Assembly: GCA_963702435.1 (NCBI GenBank) | Contig: CAVPCR010000004.1 | Location: forward strand, 384,001 to 448,000 | DNA length: 64,000 bases | Reading direction: 5' to 3' | From: Candidatus Eiseniibacteriota bacterium | GTDB taxonomy: Bacteria > Eisenbacteria > RBG-16-71-46 > CAVPCR01 | In this document: positions 1 through 10,278 of the stretch, in pieces | How positions within the stretch are numbered: position 1 is the stretch's first letter | Layout of the letters: each line of letters starts with the position of its first letter | Notes under the pieces: generated by a model | Databases searched by the model: none | Told to the model about the DNA's origin: nothing | Seen by the model: the letters and a program-made list of their open reading frames with translations, nothing else | Position numbers and translations under genes: made by a program

Positions 1-3000
1 TACGTATGCGACCGGGGGCGTGTACACGGTGGCGCTCGTGGTCACCGATCCAGGCGGGTTGACCGCGACGGATCTCACGAGCGCGACGGTGAGCGGGACG
101 CCGGTAGCGGAGGCGAACGGTCCTTACGGAGCGAACCTGGGCCAGGCGATCGCGTTCTCGTCGGCGGGCTCGATCGATCCGGACGGGCAGGCGCTCACGT
201 ACCTGTGGACGTTCGGAGATGGGACGACCTCGACCGGGGAGAACCCGAGCCACACCTACGCGACGGGCGGGGTATTCAATGTCGTCCTTCGCGTGACCGA
301 CCCGGGCGGGTTGTTTGATGAGGACACGGCGACGGCGACGGTGAACCGGCCGCCGGTGGCGGAGGCGAACGGGCCGTACGCTGGGAACCAGGGCGCGCCG
401 ATCGCGTTCTCGTCGGCGGGATCGAGCGACCCGGAGGGGCAGGCGCTCGCCTATCTGTGGACGTTCGGGGACGGGACGACGTCGACGGCGGCCAATCCCA
501 GTCACGCTTACACGCCGGGCGGCACCTTCAACGTGACGCTGCGCGTGACGGACCCGGGCGGGCTCTTCAGCGAGGACACGGCGACGGCGACGGTGAACCG
601 GCCGCCGGTGGCGGAGGCGAACGGGCCGTACGCGGGGAACCAGGGTGCACCGATCGCGTTCTCGTCGGCGGGATCGAGCGACCCGGAGGGGCAGGCGCTC
701 GCCTATCTGTGGACGTTCGGGGACGGGACGACGTCGACGGCGGCCAATCCCAGTCACGCCTACACGCCGGGCGGGACGTTCACGGTGACGCTGCGCGTCA
801 CGGACCCGGGCGGGCTCTTCAGCGAGGACACGGCGACGGCGACGGTGAACCGGCCGCCGGTCGCCGATGCGAACGGGCCGTACGCGGGGAACGAGGGCCA
901 GCCGATCGTATTCTCATCGGCGGGATCGAGCGACCCGGAGGGACAGGCGCTCACGTACCTGTGGACGTTCGGGGACGGAGCGACGTCGACCGCGGCGAAT
1001 CCGAGCCACACCTACGTGACGGGCGGGACGTTCAACGTGACGCTTCGCGTCACCGATCCGGGCGGTCTCTTCACCGAGGACGCGACACAGGCCGCCGTCG
1101 GCCGCACCCCCGTCGCCAACGCGAACGGGCCGTACACGGGGAACGAGGGCCAGCCGATCGCGTTCTCATCGGCGGGTTCGGGCGATCCCGACGGGCAGCA
1201 GATCACGTACCTGTGGACGTTCGGGGACGGAGCGACCTCGACCGCGGCGAATCCGAGCCACACCTACGTGACGGGCGGGACGTTCACGGTGACCTTGCGC
1301 GTCACCGATCCCGACAATCTCTTCGCCGAGGACACGGCGCAGGCGCGGGTGAACCGGACGCCGGCGGCGGAGGCGAACGGGCCGTACAGCGGCAACCCCG
1401 GCGCTCCGATCGCGTTCTCGTCGGCAGGGTCGAGCGATCCGGACGGCGACGGGCTCACCTACCGCTGGAGCTTCGGGGACGGGGCGACCTCGACGCAGGC
1501 GAACCCGAGCCACGCGTACGCGGCGGGCGGGACGTACACGGTCACGCTCCGCGTGACCGACCCCGGCGGCCTGTTCAACGAGGATACGGCGCAGGCCGTG
1601 GTGAACCGCCCGCCGGTGGCCGAGGCGAACGGGCCGTACGCGGGGAACCAGGGAGCAGCCATCAGCTTCTCGTCAACGGGGTCGAGCGATCCGGACGGGC
1701 AGGCACTCACGTATCTGTGGACCTTCGGCGACGGCACGACCTCGACCGCGGCGAACCCGACGCACTCCTACACACCGGGCGGCTCGTTCATCGCGACGCT
1801 CCGCGTCACCGATGCCGGCGGCCTGTTCGCCGAGGACACGGCGCCGGTGGCGGTGAATCGCCCGCCCGTCGCCGACGCCGGACCGGCTCTCTACACCACC
1901 GATCGCGGCGTCCCGGCGAGCTTCTCGTCCGCGGGGTCGAGCGATCCGGACGGCGATCCGCTCACCTATCTCTGGGAGTTCGGGGACGGGACGACCTCGA
2001 CCCAGGCGAACCCGACGCACATCTACACCGCGGGCGGGGCCTTCACGGTGAACCTCCGGGTGCGCGATCCGGGAGGTCTCACCGGCACCGACCTGGCAGC
2101 CATGTCCGTGAACGACCTCGCGGTCACTGCACCGGCGACGGGTGCGGTGTGGTCGGAGGGCTCGACCCAGACCATCACCTGGAGCGTCGTCGGCACGGTG
2201 GACACCGTCGTCGTCGAGTATCGGACCGGCGCCGCCCTGCCCTGGATCCCGCTCGGCACGGTGATCCGCGACACCGAGCTAGAGTGGCAGGTGCCCGACA
2301 TCGGCACCAGCGACGAGACGGGCGTGCGGGTCCGCGTGCGCCGCCCGAACGGATTGCTCTCCGACCCGAGCGATCCCTTCACCATCCGGAACCGCGTGCT
2401 CCTCGTCACCGCGCCCGGGGGCGATGCGATCTACGAGACGGAGGGGACCAACATCGCGTGGACGAGCGTCGGTTTCATCGAGCGGGTGAATCTCCAGTAC
2501 CGTCTCGCGCCGGGGAGCCCGTGGCTCCCGATCGCGGCCGATGAACCGGATGACGGGAGCTTCGCCTGGACCCTCCCCGAGGTGACGTCGGATCAGGAGC
2601 GCGCGCAGGTCCGGGTGCTCGATGCCGCCGATACGCTCGCCACATCGGACGCGAGCGCGGAGTTCGCGATCCTCGATCGCACGCTCGCCGTCGATTCGCC
2701 TGACCTTGGCGTCGTCTGGTCGGAGGGGACCACGCAGACGATCGCCTGGACCGTGGACGGGCCGGTGGACTCGGTGGCGATCGAGTTCCGCCGGAGTCCC
2801 CTCGACGGCTACGAGCAGATCGCGCGCCGCCGGGCGAGCGCGGGCAGCTACTCCTGGTCGGTGGCGGGAGTCACGGCCGACGCCCCCGAGGCGCAGGTAC
2901 GCGTGCGCGAGACCGCAACGCGCATCGATCCGGTCGCCGGCGTGTCCCCGGTGTTCACGATCCAGAACCGCACGCTCGCGATCACCGCCCCGGTCGCCGG

Positions 3001-5887
3001 CGAGGAGATCTCCGAGCGCGCGCCGTACACGATCCGCTGGCAGAGCGCGGGACGTATCGACAACGTGCGCGTCGAGTACCGGCTGCAATCGGCCGCTCCG
3101 TGGCAGGAGATCGCGGCGTCGGCGCCGAACACGGGTGCCTACCTGTGGGCCGACCCGCCGGAGGTGACGAGCGACGAGAGCGCGGCGGAGATCCGGGTGA
3201 CCGATGTGGCCACGGTTCCCGATCTCACGCAGACCGTGAGTCCGCCGTTCACGCTCGTCGACCGCGTGCTCGCGCCGACCGCGCCCGCGCCCGGAGCCGT
3301 CGCCTGCGAGGCGGATACGCTCACGATCGCCTGGGGCTCGCGCGGGGCGATCCCGAACGTGACGATCGAGTGGCGGCTCGATCAGGGCTCGCCGTGGCAG
3401 CCGGTGGCGACGAACATCTCGAACACGGGATCGGCAGTCTGGTCGACGCCGGATCTCCCGGCGACAGCAGATGCGGTCGAGCTCCGCCTGCGCCATGCGA
3501 CCGACCCGAGCGTGGTCGCCGCCTGGGGGCCCGTAACGCTCCGGAACCGCACGCTCGCGTTCCTCCGGCCGCTCGGCGGCGAGGTCTACTCAGAGGGCGA
3601 CGCGGTGCCGGTGAGCTGGAGCTCCGATTGCATCGATTCGGTGCGCGTCGAGGCCCGCGTCGACGCCGAGTCACCGTGGCAGCTCCAGGGCCCCGGCGTG
3701 TGGTCCAACACGGGCCAGATCATCTGGAGTGTCATCCGCGTCGACACCAACCAGAACGCGGTCCAGCTCCGCATCGCCGACGCCTCCGACCCCGATCTGG
3801 TCGTCGCCGTGTCGCAGCCGTTCACCGTGCTCAACCGGGTGCTCGACGTCGTGCGCCCGACGGTCACCGACAGCCTGTCGGAGACCGCGACCTTCCCGAT
3901 CGCCTGGGACTGGGTCGGCACGTTGCAGCGCGTGACGATCGATTACCGTCTCGATCCCGCGCTCGACTGGGTGCCGATCATCAGCAACATCGTGAACACC
4001 GGCACCTACACTTGGACCGTGCCGCTCGTGGATCGCGACCACCGGAGCGCCCAGATCCGGGTCTTCGACACCAACAACCCGAACACGATCGACGAGGGGG
4101 ACTCCTTCATCATCATCAACCGGGCTCTTGCGCTGACGCGCCCGGCGCCGGGCGACACCCTGACCGAGGCGACGGCCGACACGATCCGCTGGTCGACGCG
4201 CGGCGTCGTGCCGACGGTGAATGTGAGCTATCGCGAGCAGCCGGTCGGCGCCTGGCAGGTGATCGCGGCGGGCATTTCGAACACCGGCGTTCTGGCCTGG
4301 TCGGTGCCCGAGGTGAGCGGCGATGTCGTGGGCGCCCAGGTGCGGGTCGAGTCCGCCACGGCGCTTGAGGTGTCCGCCGTGAGCCTGCCCTTCGTCATCC
4401 TCGATCGCTCCTTCGCCGTGCTCTCGCCCGCCGGCGGCGAGAGCTGGTCCGAGGCGACGACCCAGACGATCCGCTGGCAGTCGGTGGGCACCATCGAGTC
4501 GGTGAAGATCGAGCTCCTGCTCCCGGGCGGCGGGACGCAGCTCATCGTCGCCTCGACTCCGAACGACGGCGCCGAGACGTGGTTCATTCCCGATGTCCCG
4601 GCGGGCATCGCCGGCGCCCGGATCCGCTTGACCGACACGCGCCCGCCCTCGGCCAGCGCCACCTCGGCCCCGTTCGACATCGTGAACCGCGCGCTGGCCT
4701 TCACCGCGCCGCCCCCCGAGCCTGGGGTCCAGTGGCGGATCGGGTCGGCCCAGGTCATCCGCTGGACCTCGACCGGGGCCATCGATTCGGTGGCGATCGA
4801 GCTCGGCCGGAACGGCCCGGGAGGCGCCTTCGAGACCCTGATGCCGGCGACGATCAATGACGGGGACTTCGCCTGGGAGGTGACCGGTCCCGAGACGTGG
4901 AATGCGGTGCTTCGCGTGCGCGACCTGCGCGTCGCCGATATTCGCACAGAGACGCCGCTTCTTGCGCTCTATGATCTGGTGCCGCCGGATCTGTGCGCCG
5001 ATTTCGACCACTCGGGCGGCGTATCGCTCGACGAGATCGTGCGCGTCGAGGGCATCATCGTCGGCGCGCTCGCGGCCAGCGAGGCGGACTCGCTCGCCGC
5101 GGACGGGACGCGTGACGCGGCGATCGATATCCGCGACATCCTGTGCGGCGTGGACGAGATGATTGCGGGCGAACGCGCCGGGAAGGGGCGGCCGTTCGTC
5201 GATGCGGGAGTGGAGGAGGCGGCCGCGCGCGGCGTCGTCGTCGGTGTCGGGGCGGTGGCGGAATCCGGGAGCGTGCCGATCACGGTCGAGGCGCGGGTGC
5301 TGCTCGCCGGCCTCCTCGTCGCGATCGAGATCGACGGCGGGAGCGGCGAGCCCGCGCTCGGGGCGGAGGGCGCAGGGCTCGCCCTCGCCTGGACCGCGAC
5401 CGGACCCGGCCGTTTCACGGCGACCGTGCGCCGCGAACCCGGCGGCGCGGGGCTTGCGGCCGGGACGAGCACGCCGCTCCGCGTGCTCGTGCCGGCGAGC
5501 GGCGGGGGCGGGGCGGTCGTGCGCATCGTGCGCGCCGAGGCGGTGGCAATGGACGCGACCCTTCTCCCCGTGCACATCGCCGGCGGGGCCGCGGCCGTCG
5601 TGCCGCCCCGGGTCGCCCTCGGCCAGAACCGGCCGAATCCGTTCAATCCGGTGACCGTGATCCCCTTCGAGCTGCCGGCGGCCGCGCGCGTCACGCTCGC
5701 GGTGCACGACGTGAGCGGACGCCTGGTCTCGCGTCTCGTCGATGGTGCGGTGTTGCCGGCCGGCTACCACGCCGTGCGCTGGGACGGCCACGACGCGCGC
5801 GGCGCCGTCGTGCCGAGCGGCATCTACTTCGCCACGCTCCGCGCCGGCGGCGAGACCATCACCCGCAAGATGACCGTCATCCGCTGA
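1..5887 (+). CDS. Giant secreted/surface protein, 5' end outside the window: about 8 PKD domains, about 10 Ig-like 'W..G...I.W' repeats, dockerin-like segment, C-terminal FlgD-Ig domain
   Basis: Repeated 'YLWTFGDG...NPSHTY...VTLRVTD' PKD signature. Repeated 'APxxGxxWSEGxTQTIxW' units. Dockerin-like pair 'ADFDHSGGVSLDEI...AADGTRDAAIDIRDI'. C-terminus 'QNRPNPFNP...WDG...SGIYF...TRKM'. The frame is open at the window edge. Confidence 0.9.
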   Translation, partial: TYATGGVYTVALVVTDPGGLTATDLTSATVSGTPVAEANGPYGANLGQAIAFSSAGSIDPDGQALTYLWTFGDGTTSTGENPSHTYATGGVFNVVLRVTDPGGLFDEDTATATVNRPPVAEANGPYAGNQGAPIAFSSAGSSDPEGQALAYLWTFGDGTTSTAANPSHAYTPGGTFNVTLRVTDPGGLFSEDTATATVNRPPVAEANGPYAGNQGAPIAFSSAGSSDPEGQALAYLWTFGDGTTSTAANPSHAYTPGGTFTVTLRVTDPGGLFSEDTATATVNRPPVADANGPYAGNEGQPIVFSSAGSSDPEGQALTYLWTFGDGATSTAANPSHTYVTGGTFNVTLRVTDPGGLFTEDATQAAVGRTPVANANGPYTGNEGQPIAFSSAGSGDPDGQQITYLWTFGDGATSTAANPSHTYVTGGTFTVTLRVTDPDNLFAEDTAQARVNRTPAAEANGPYSGNPGAPIAFSSAGSSDPDGDGLTYRWSFGDGATSTQANPSHAYAAGGTYTVTLRVTDPGGLFNEDTAQAVVNRPPVAEANGPYAGNQGAAISFSSTGSSDPDGQALTYLWTFGDGTTSTAANPTHSYTPGGSFIATLRVTDAGGLFAEDTAPVAVNRPPVADAGPALYTTDRGVPASFSSAGSSDPDGDPLTYLWEFGDGTTSTQANPTHIYTAGGAFTVNLRVRDPGGLTGTDLAAMSVNDLAVTAPATGAVWSEGSTQTITWSVVGTVDTVVVEYRTGAALPWIPLGTVIRDTELEWQVPDIGTSDETGVRVRVRRPNGLLSDPSDPFTIRNRVLLVTAPGGDAIYETEGTNIAWTSVGFIERVNLQYRLAPGSPWLPIAADEPDDGSFAWTLPEVTSDQERAQVRVLDAADTLATSDASAEFAILDRTLAVDSPDLGVVWSEGTTQTIAWTVDGPVDSVAIEFRRSPLDGYEQIARRRASAGSYSWSVAGVTADAPEAQVRVRETATRIDPVAGVSPVFTIQNRTLAITAPVAGEEISERAPYTIRWQSAGRIDNVRVEYRLQSAAPWQEIAASAPNTGAYLWADPPEVTSDESAAEIRVTDVATVPDLTQTVSPPFTLVDRVLAPTAPAPGAVACEADTLTIAWGSRGAIPNVTIEWRLDQGSPWQPVATNISNTGSAVWSTPDLPATADAVELRLRHATDPSVVAAWGPVTLRNRTLAFLRPLGGEVYSEGDAVPVSWSSDCIDSVRVEARVDAESPWQLQGPGVWSNTGQIIWSVIRVDTNQNAVQLRIADASDPDLVVAVSQPFTVLNRVLDVVRPTVTDSLSETATFPIAWDWVGTLQRVTIDYRLDPALDWVPIISNIVNTGTYTWTVPLVDRDHRSAQIRVFDTNNPNTIDEGDSFIIINRALALTRPAPGDTLTEATADTIRWSTRGVVPTVNVSYREQPVGAWQVIAAGISNTGVLAWSVPEVSGDVVGAQVRVESATALEVSAVSLPFVILDRSFAVLSPAGGESWSEATTQTIRWQSVGTIESVKIELLLPGGGTQLIVASTPNDGAETWFIPDVPAGIAGARIRLTDTRPPSASATSAPFDIVNRALAFTAPPPEPGVQWRIGSAQVIRWTSTGAIDSVAIELGRNGPGGAFETLMPATINDGDFAWEVTGPETWNAVLRVRDLRVADIRTETPLLALYDLVPPDLCADFDHSGGVSLDEIVRVEGIIVGALAASEADSLAADGTRDAAIDIRDILCGVDEMIAGERAGKGRPFVDAGVEEAAARGVVVGVGAVAESGSVPITVEARVLLAGLLVAIEIDGGSGEPALGAEGAGLALAWTATGPGRFTATVRREPGGAGLAAGTSTPLRVLVPASGGGGAVVRIVRAEAVAMDATLLPVHIAGGAAAVVPPRVALGQNRPNPFNPVTVIPFELPAAARVTLAVHDVSGRLVSRLVDGAVLPAGYHAVRWDGHDARGAVVPSGIYFATLRAGGETITRKMTVIR
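322..858 (+). repeat. Near-identical 252-bp tandem PKD-coding repeats
   Basis: About 322-573 and 574-825 are almost identical at DNA level; more diverged units follow to about 2100. Confidence 0.85.
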
Positions 5888-5933
5888 GGGCCACCGCCGA
5901 GATCCCGGTCGCGCGTACGACCGCGGTCAGGGC

Positions 5934-7292
5934 TCAGAACATGAGCGAGTACGCGACCGAGACCGTGCTGCCCGTCTGTCCCGCCGTGTAGTACCCGAAC
6001 GTGCTCCCCACCGGGGAGCGGTTGACGCCGATGTACTGGATGTTCAGGCGGGTATCGCGCGTCTTGAACGGGTAGAAGTTGCTGCCGATCAGGTACTCGT
6101 TGGAATTGCCGAAACCGGCATCCTCGTCACCATAGATCTGGGATGTGGCGACATAGGCTTCCAGCTTCCTGGGCACGGGAAAGCAGGAGGCCTGGACGTA
6201 GAAGCCGTGGTCCACGATCTGGTCGATGGGCAGGGGGGCGTCGGCCTCGAACTGGTCGAGCCAGCGCACGTAATGCTCGAACTGCACGAAGAACCCCTTG
6301 TACTTCGCGCCGATGTCGGCGGCCACGATTCGGTAGTCGAGGTTGTCGACCGTCGCGCCGGGAGCGAGGGCCCCCGTGTCGAAGACGTTGGTGGCATCGG
6401 CCAGCTTGATGGTGGTGTTCTTGGACGTCCCGGTGCCGTTGAAGCTCTGCTCCGGGCTGTAGCAGGCCGAGACGCCGAAGCGCGTGGCGATCTGCTCGTG
6501 CATCTCATAGTCGCCGTAGGCGCCGCGCGGTCCGAACTCGCCCGTCGGCATGTACCACGCGGAACCGCTGAACGTCGCGTTGCGGTCGAGATCGGAGGCC
6601 TTGACTCCGAGGATGCTGTTGCTGTTGCCGGCCATGGCGCTGTACCAGAAGCCACGGAAGAGCTCGCCGTTGGCATAGATGCCGGCGCCGAAGAAGGGCC
6701 GGAAGAACTCGTCGGCCATCACGCGGTCATGACCGAGCCAGTAGGGATGCGAGCCGAGGATCGAGCGGGTGCCGGCATTCCCGGCGATGCCACCGTAGAG
6801 GTTGAAGTAGCGACTGAACTGGTAGCCGACGTTCCCGAAGAGAGCGTCCTGGTCGGTGGTGTTCACGGTCCAGATGGTGAAAGTGTAGATCAGCTTCGGA
6901 TCGAACATCCAGCCCTTGAGCCAGATGATGATGCGGTGCGGGTAGAAGTCCTGGCGAGCATCGACCGGATGCTGGTTGCCCAGATGGTCGGTGTAGGTCT
7001 GCTCGCCCGGCATCTGGTTCATGTACCGCAGGACGGCGTAGGCGCTGATCGCCAGTTCCCCGCTGGACGTACGGGCGACCAGGAATCCCCGGCCGGGGTC
7101 ATAGGTGCCATATGTCTCATGCTCCGGGAGAGTGGGAGCATCCTTCCCGCCGGCCGTCGAATCGGACGGTGCGGCGTTCACGGCGGCCGCCGAATCAGGC
7201 CTCGCGGATTCGTTTCCGGCGGCGATCGCGGGGGTCATCCAGAGGACAGTGCAGACCACCATCACCGGCCACAGCTTGGAACCAGCATTCAT
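5934..7292 (-). CDS. Secreted outer-membrane beta-barrel/porin-like protein
   Basis: Likely start ATG 7292 after AAAGGG. Signal peptide MNAGSKLWPVMVVCTVLWMTPAIAA. Alternating amphipathic strands and C-terminal Phe (YSLMF). Confidence 0.65.
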   Translation of the reverse strand: MNAGSKLWPVMVVCTVLWMTPAIAAGNESARPDSAAAVNAAPSDSTAGGKDAPTLPEHETYGTYDPGRGFLVARTSSGELAISAYAVLRYMNQMPGEQTYTDHLGNQHPVDARQDFYPHRIIIWLKGWMFDPKLIYTFTIWTVNTTDQDALFGNVGYQFSRYFNLYGGIAGNAGTRSILGSHPYWLGHDRVMADEFFRPFFGAGIYANGELFRGFWYSAMAGNSNSILGVKASDLDRNATFSGSAWYMPTGEFGPRGAYGDYEMHEQIATRFGVSACYSPEQSFNGTGTSKNTTIKLADATNVFDTGALAPGATVDNLDYRIVAADIGAKYKGFFVQFEHYVRWLDQFEADAPLPIDQIVDHGFYVQASCFPVPRKLEAYVATSQIYGDEDAGFGNSNEYLIGSNFYPFKTRDTRLNIQYIGVNRSPVGSTFGYYTAGQTGSTVSVAYSLMF

Positions 7293-7816
7293 GACGACGA
7301 CCCTTTCTGTTGACGGGCGGCGGGGGCCATTGGCATCCTCTCTCCGGTTGGTCGCGGCGCGAAGACGGTTGGGGCAACGTTCCGTGCCATGCTTCTTTCT
7401 CCGTCGGGGAGGCATTCTAGTCTCGTCCACCCTGATCATCAACCGGACAGATGACACGCCGCGGCGGCTCGTGATCCTTGCACACGCGAGCTGCCCCCAG
7501 ACCTGGTGCGCAGATGGCCGCGGTGTACGGTGACCCGGCCCGCCTGCTGCGCCGGGGATTCCTGCGCCGGCGCGCTGGTCGAGCCCGTCATCGGATCGAT
7601 TCCACTACGCGGCTGGTCTGGGCGGCACCATCCGGTCAGCGGCGGGATGGATTCCCCGGCCCTGACGGGCCGGGAGTCCGACAGGCCGAGAACAGGAAGG
7701 TTGGCATGTTTGATGCTCATCGCGGGCGAAGTTTTCCCGCCTCCGCCACGAGGTCTCGTATATCATTGCGCGCCGTCACGAGGGCGGCGATTGCGGCCAA
7801 CGGCCGAGAGCTCCCT

Positions 7817-8977
7817 ATGAGTCGAGAGAGGTGTCCATTGGAAACGCGATCCAAGGTCCAGCCGGCAGCGGTCCTGGTTCTTGCGGCCCTGTGTCTACAT
7901 GTCGCAGCCGGCCAGGCGCGCGCCCAGTCGAGCGCCGCGGCGGGGGACGGATACCTCTTCCACGACGCGCATTTCCACCTCACGAACTACATCCAGGAAG
8001 GGACCGATATCCATGACTTCCTGAAGATCATGGGGGACAAGGTAGGGCGGGTGGCGGTGTTCGGGATCCCGCTCCAGCAGCAGTGGGCCTATGAGGTCAC
8101 CGGCGACTACGCCCCCACCTACTACCTGCAGACGGACGCGCCGCTCTATTACTACTCGTTCACCGACGCCCACATCGCCATGGCGTACAAGTCGTTGACT
8201 CCGGCCGAGCAGGCGCGCTTCGACCCGATGATCACGGGTTTCAATCCGACCGACATGTACGCCGCGGATCACATCAAGCGCGTGCTTCGCACTTTCCCGG
8301 GCGTGTTCTCGGGCATCGGCGAGTTCACGATCCACAAGGAGTTCGTCTCGTCGAAGATCTCGGGTGAGGTGGCGAGCCTCAAGAATCCGGCGCTCGATCG
8401 CATCCTCGACTTCGCCGGCGAGTCCGGGCTTGTCGTGATTCTGCACAACGACATCAACATGCCGTTTCCGAAGCCGAACCAGGATCCGTACATGGTCCTG
8501 CAGCTGAAGGAGCTCTTCGAGCGGCACAGCGGGACCACCATCATCTGGGCGCACCTGGGGCTCGGCCGGATCGTGCGGCCGGTCGAGAATCAAGTCGGGA
8601 TGATCGAGCGGGCCGTCCAGAACCCGAAGCTCAACCACGTGTACTTCGACATCTCGTGGGACGAGGTCGCCAAGTATCTGGTGGCGACCCCCGAGTCGAT
8701 CAAGCGATCGGCCGATCTGATCAACCGCTACCCCGACCGCTTCCTCTTCGGGACGGACGAGGTGGCGCCCACCGAGCAGGCAAAGTACCTGAAGGTCTAC
8801 GACATGTACGCGCCGCTCCTGGCGGCCCTCACGCCGGAGGCGAGGGCGAAGGTCCTCAAGGGGAACTACGAGCGGCTCTTCGACGCGGCGCGGCAGAAGG
8901 TGCGGGCCTGGGAGGCGGCGAACGTGGGGAAGCCGCTGCCGCCGCCGACGCCGACACCCATTTCTGGTTACAAGTAG
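7817..8977 (+). CDS. Amidohydrolase-superfamily (TIM-barrel metallohydrolase) protein with signal peptide
   Basis: 'DAHFH' HxH motif, 'GIGE', 'ILHND', 'WAHLG', 'RFLFGTD'. Hydrophobic N-terminus ending ARA-Q. The exact start is uncertain. Confidence 0.8.
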   Translation: MSRERCPLETRSKVQPAAVLVLAALCLHVAAGQARAQSSAAAGDGYLFHDAHFHLTNYIQEGTDIHDFLKIMGDKVGRVAVFGIPLQQQWAYEVTGDYAPTYYLQTDAPLYYYSFTDAHIAMAYKSLTPAEQARFDPMITGFNPTDMYAADHIKRVLRTFPGVFSGIGEFTIHKEFVSSKISGEVASLKNPALDRILDFAGESGLVVILHNDINMPFPKPNQDPYMVLQLKELFERHSGTTIIWAHLGLGRIVRPVENQVGMIERAVQNPKLNHVYFDISWDEVAKYLVATPESIKRSADLINRYPDRFLFGTDEVAPTEQAKYLKVYDMYAPLLAALTPEARAKVLKGNYERLFDAARQKVRAWEAANVGKPLPPPTPTPISGYK

Positions 8978-9051
8978 CGAAGGGTGCCCGCCGGGGATGA
9001 GATTCCCGGCTCGACGACGCCACGGACGTGGCGAACACAGGGAGGAAGGCG

Positions 9052-10278
9052 ATGAAGAGACAGAGAGTCGGCGAGCGAATGAGCGCTTGCTGGATGGTCG
9101 TTCTGTTCGTGCTCCTGGCCTTGGTGCCGGCAGCCCGCGCCGAGAGCCCGCGCCTGGACATCTACGGGTTCGCGATGCTCGACATGGGCTACCAGTTCAA
9201 GCAGAACGACCCGAGCTGGTTCGACGTCCTGCGGCCGACCAAGTTGCCGGCCTTCGAGGACCAGTTCGGGCAGGACGGCCGCTTTTTCTCCGGAGTCCGC
9301 CAGAGCCGCCTCGGTGTGAAGGGCTACTTCCCCACCGAACTCGGGGAGATCAAGACGACCTTCGAGTTCGAGCTCTTCGGGGTCGGCGTCGACGCCGGCC
9401 AGACCACCTTCCGGCTCCGCCACGCCTACGGCGAACTCGGCAAGTTCGGCGCGGGCCAGACCTGGAGCCCGTTCATGGACATCGACGTGTTCCCGAACTC
9501 GATCGAGTACTGGGGACCGAACGGCATGGTCTTCTTCCGTAACGTGCAGTTCCGCTACATGCCGATCCAGGGCGACACCCGCATGACGATCGCCATCGAG
9601 CGGCCGGGCGCGAGCGGCGACCTCGGTGAGTTCCGCTCCGGCCTCGAGGTGGAAGGCGTGCAGGCCCGCTTCCCGGCTCCGGATCTCTCGGCGGAGTACC
9701 ACCGGGCGTTCGGCATGGGCTATGTCGAGGTCGCCGGGATCCTCCGCTACATCAAGTGGGACGACAATGTGGACAACCAGTTCGACCTCGAGGGCGACGA
9801 GATCGGCTGGGGCGTGAACGTGAGCTCGAACATCAACATCGACACGGCGGCCGAGGCCAACGACACGATCCGGCTCCAGGTCGTCTACGGCGAGGGGATC
9901 CAGAACTACATGAACGACGCGCCGGCCGACATCGGCGTCGTCCCGACCGACGATCCGGTGACGCCGGTCGACGGGGAAGCGCTCCCGGTGCTCGGCCTCG
10001 TGGCCTTCTACGATCACTACTGGAACAACAAGTGGAGCACCTCGGGCGGCTACTCGATGGTCGACATCGAGCCGTCGGAGGGGATGTCCGACGACTCCTT
10101 CGCCCGCGGCCACTATGCACTGGCCAATCTGCTGTACTATCCGGTGAAGAACGTGATGATGGGCGGCGAGTTCCAGTGGGGTCGCCGCGAGAACCACGAC
10201 GATGGATGGACCGCGGATGACTACCGCATCCAGTTCTCGGCCAAGTACAACTTCTCGCATACGCTCGGAGGCATGTAA
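9052..10278 (+). CDS. DcaP-family trimeric outer-membrane porin
   Basis: 'RQSRLG...FEFELFG...FRLRHAYGE...GQTWSPFMD' DcaP-like motifs; signal peptide; GGAGG RBS before ATG 9052. Confidence 0.8.
   Translation: MKRQRVGERMSACWMVVLFVLLALVPAARAESPRLDIYGFAMLDMGYQFKQNDPSWFDVLRPTKLPAFEDQFGQDGRFFSGVRQSRLGVKGYFPTELGEIKTTFEFELFGVGVDAGQTTFRLRHAYGELGKFGAGQTWSPFMDIDVFPNSIEYWGPNGMVFFRNVQFRYMPIQGDTRMTIAIERPGASGDLGEFRSGLEVEGVQARFPAPDLSAEYHRAFGMGYVEVAGILRYIKWDDNVDNQFDLEGDEIGWGVNVSSNINIDTAAEANDTIRLQVVYGEGIQNYMNDAPADIGVVPTDDPVTPVDGEALPVLGLVAFYDHYWNNKWSTSGGYSMVDIEPSEGMSDDSFARGHYALANLLYYPVKNVMMGGEFQWGRRENHDDGWTADDYRIQFSAKYNFSHTLGGM

Noticed and set aside
457..5791. Long alternative-frame and antisense ORFs (e.g. 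457-2544, 3671-5791, 8968-11382, 12312-14549, 55219-57684)
   Set aside because: Arg/Gly/Pro-rich shadow frames expected in high-GC DNA, overlapping well-supported genes.
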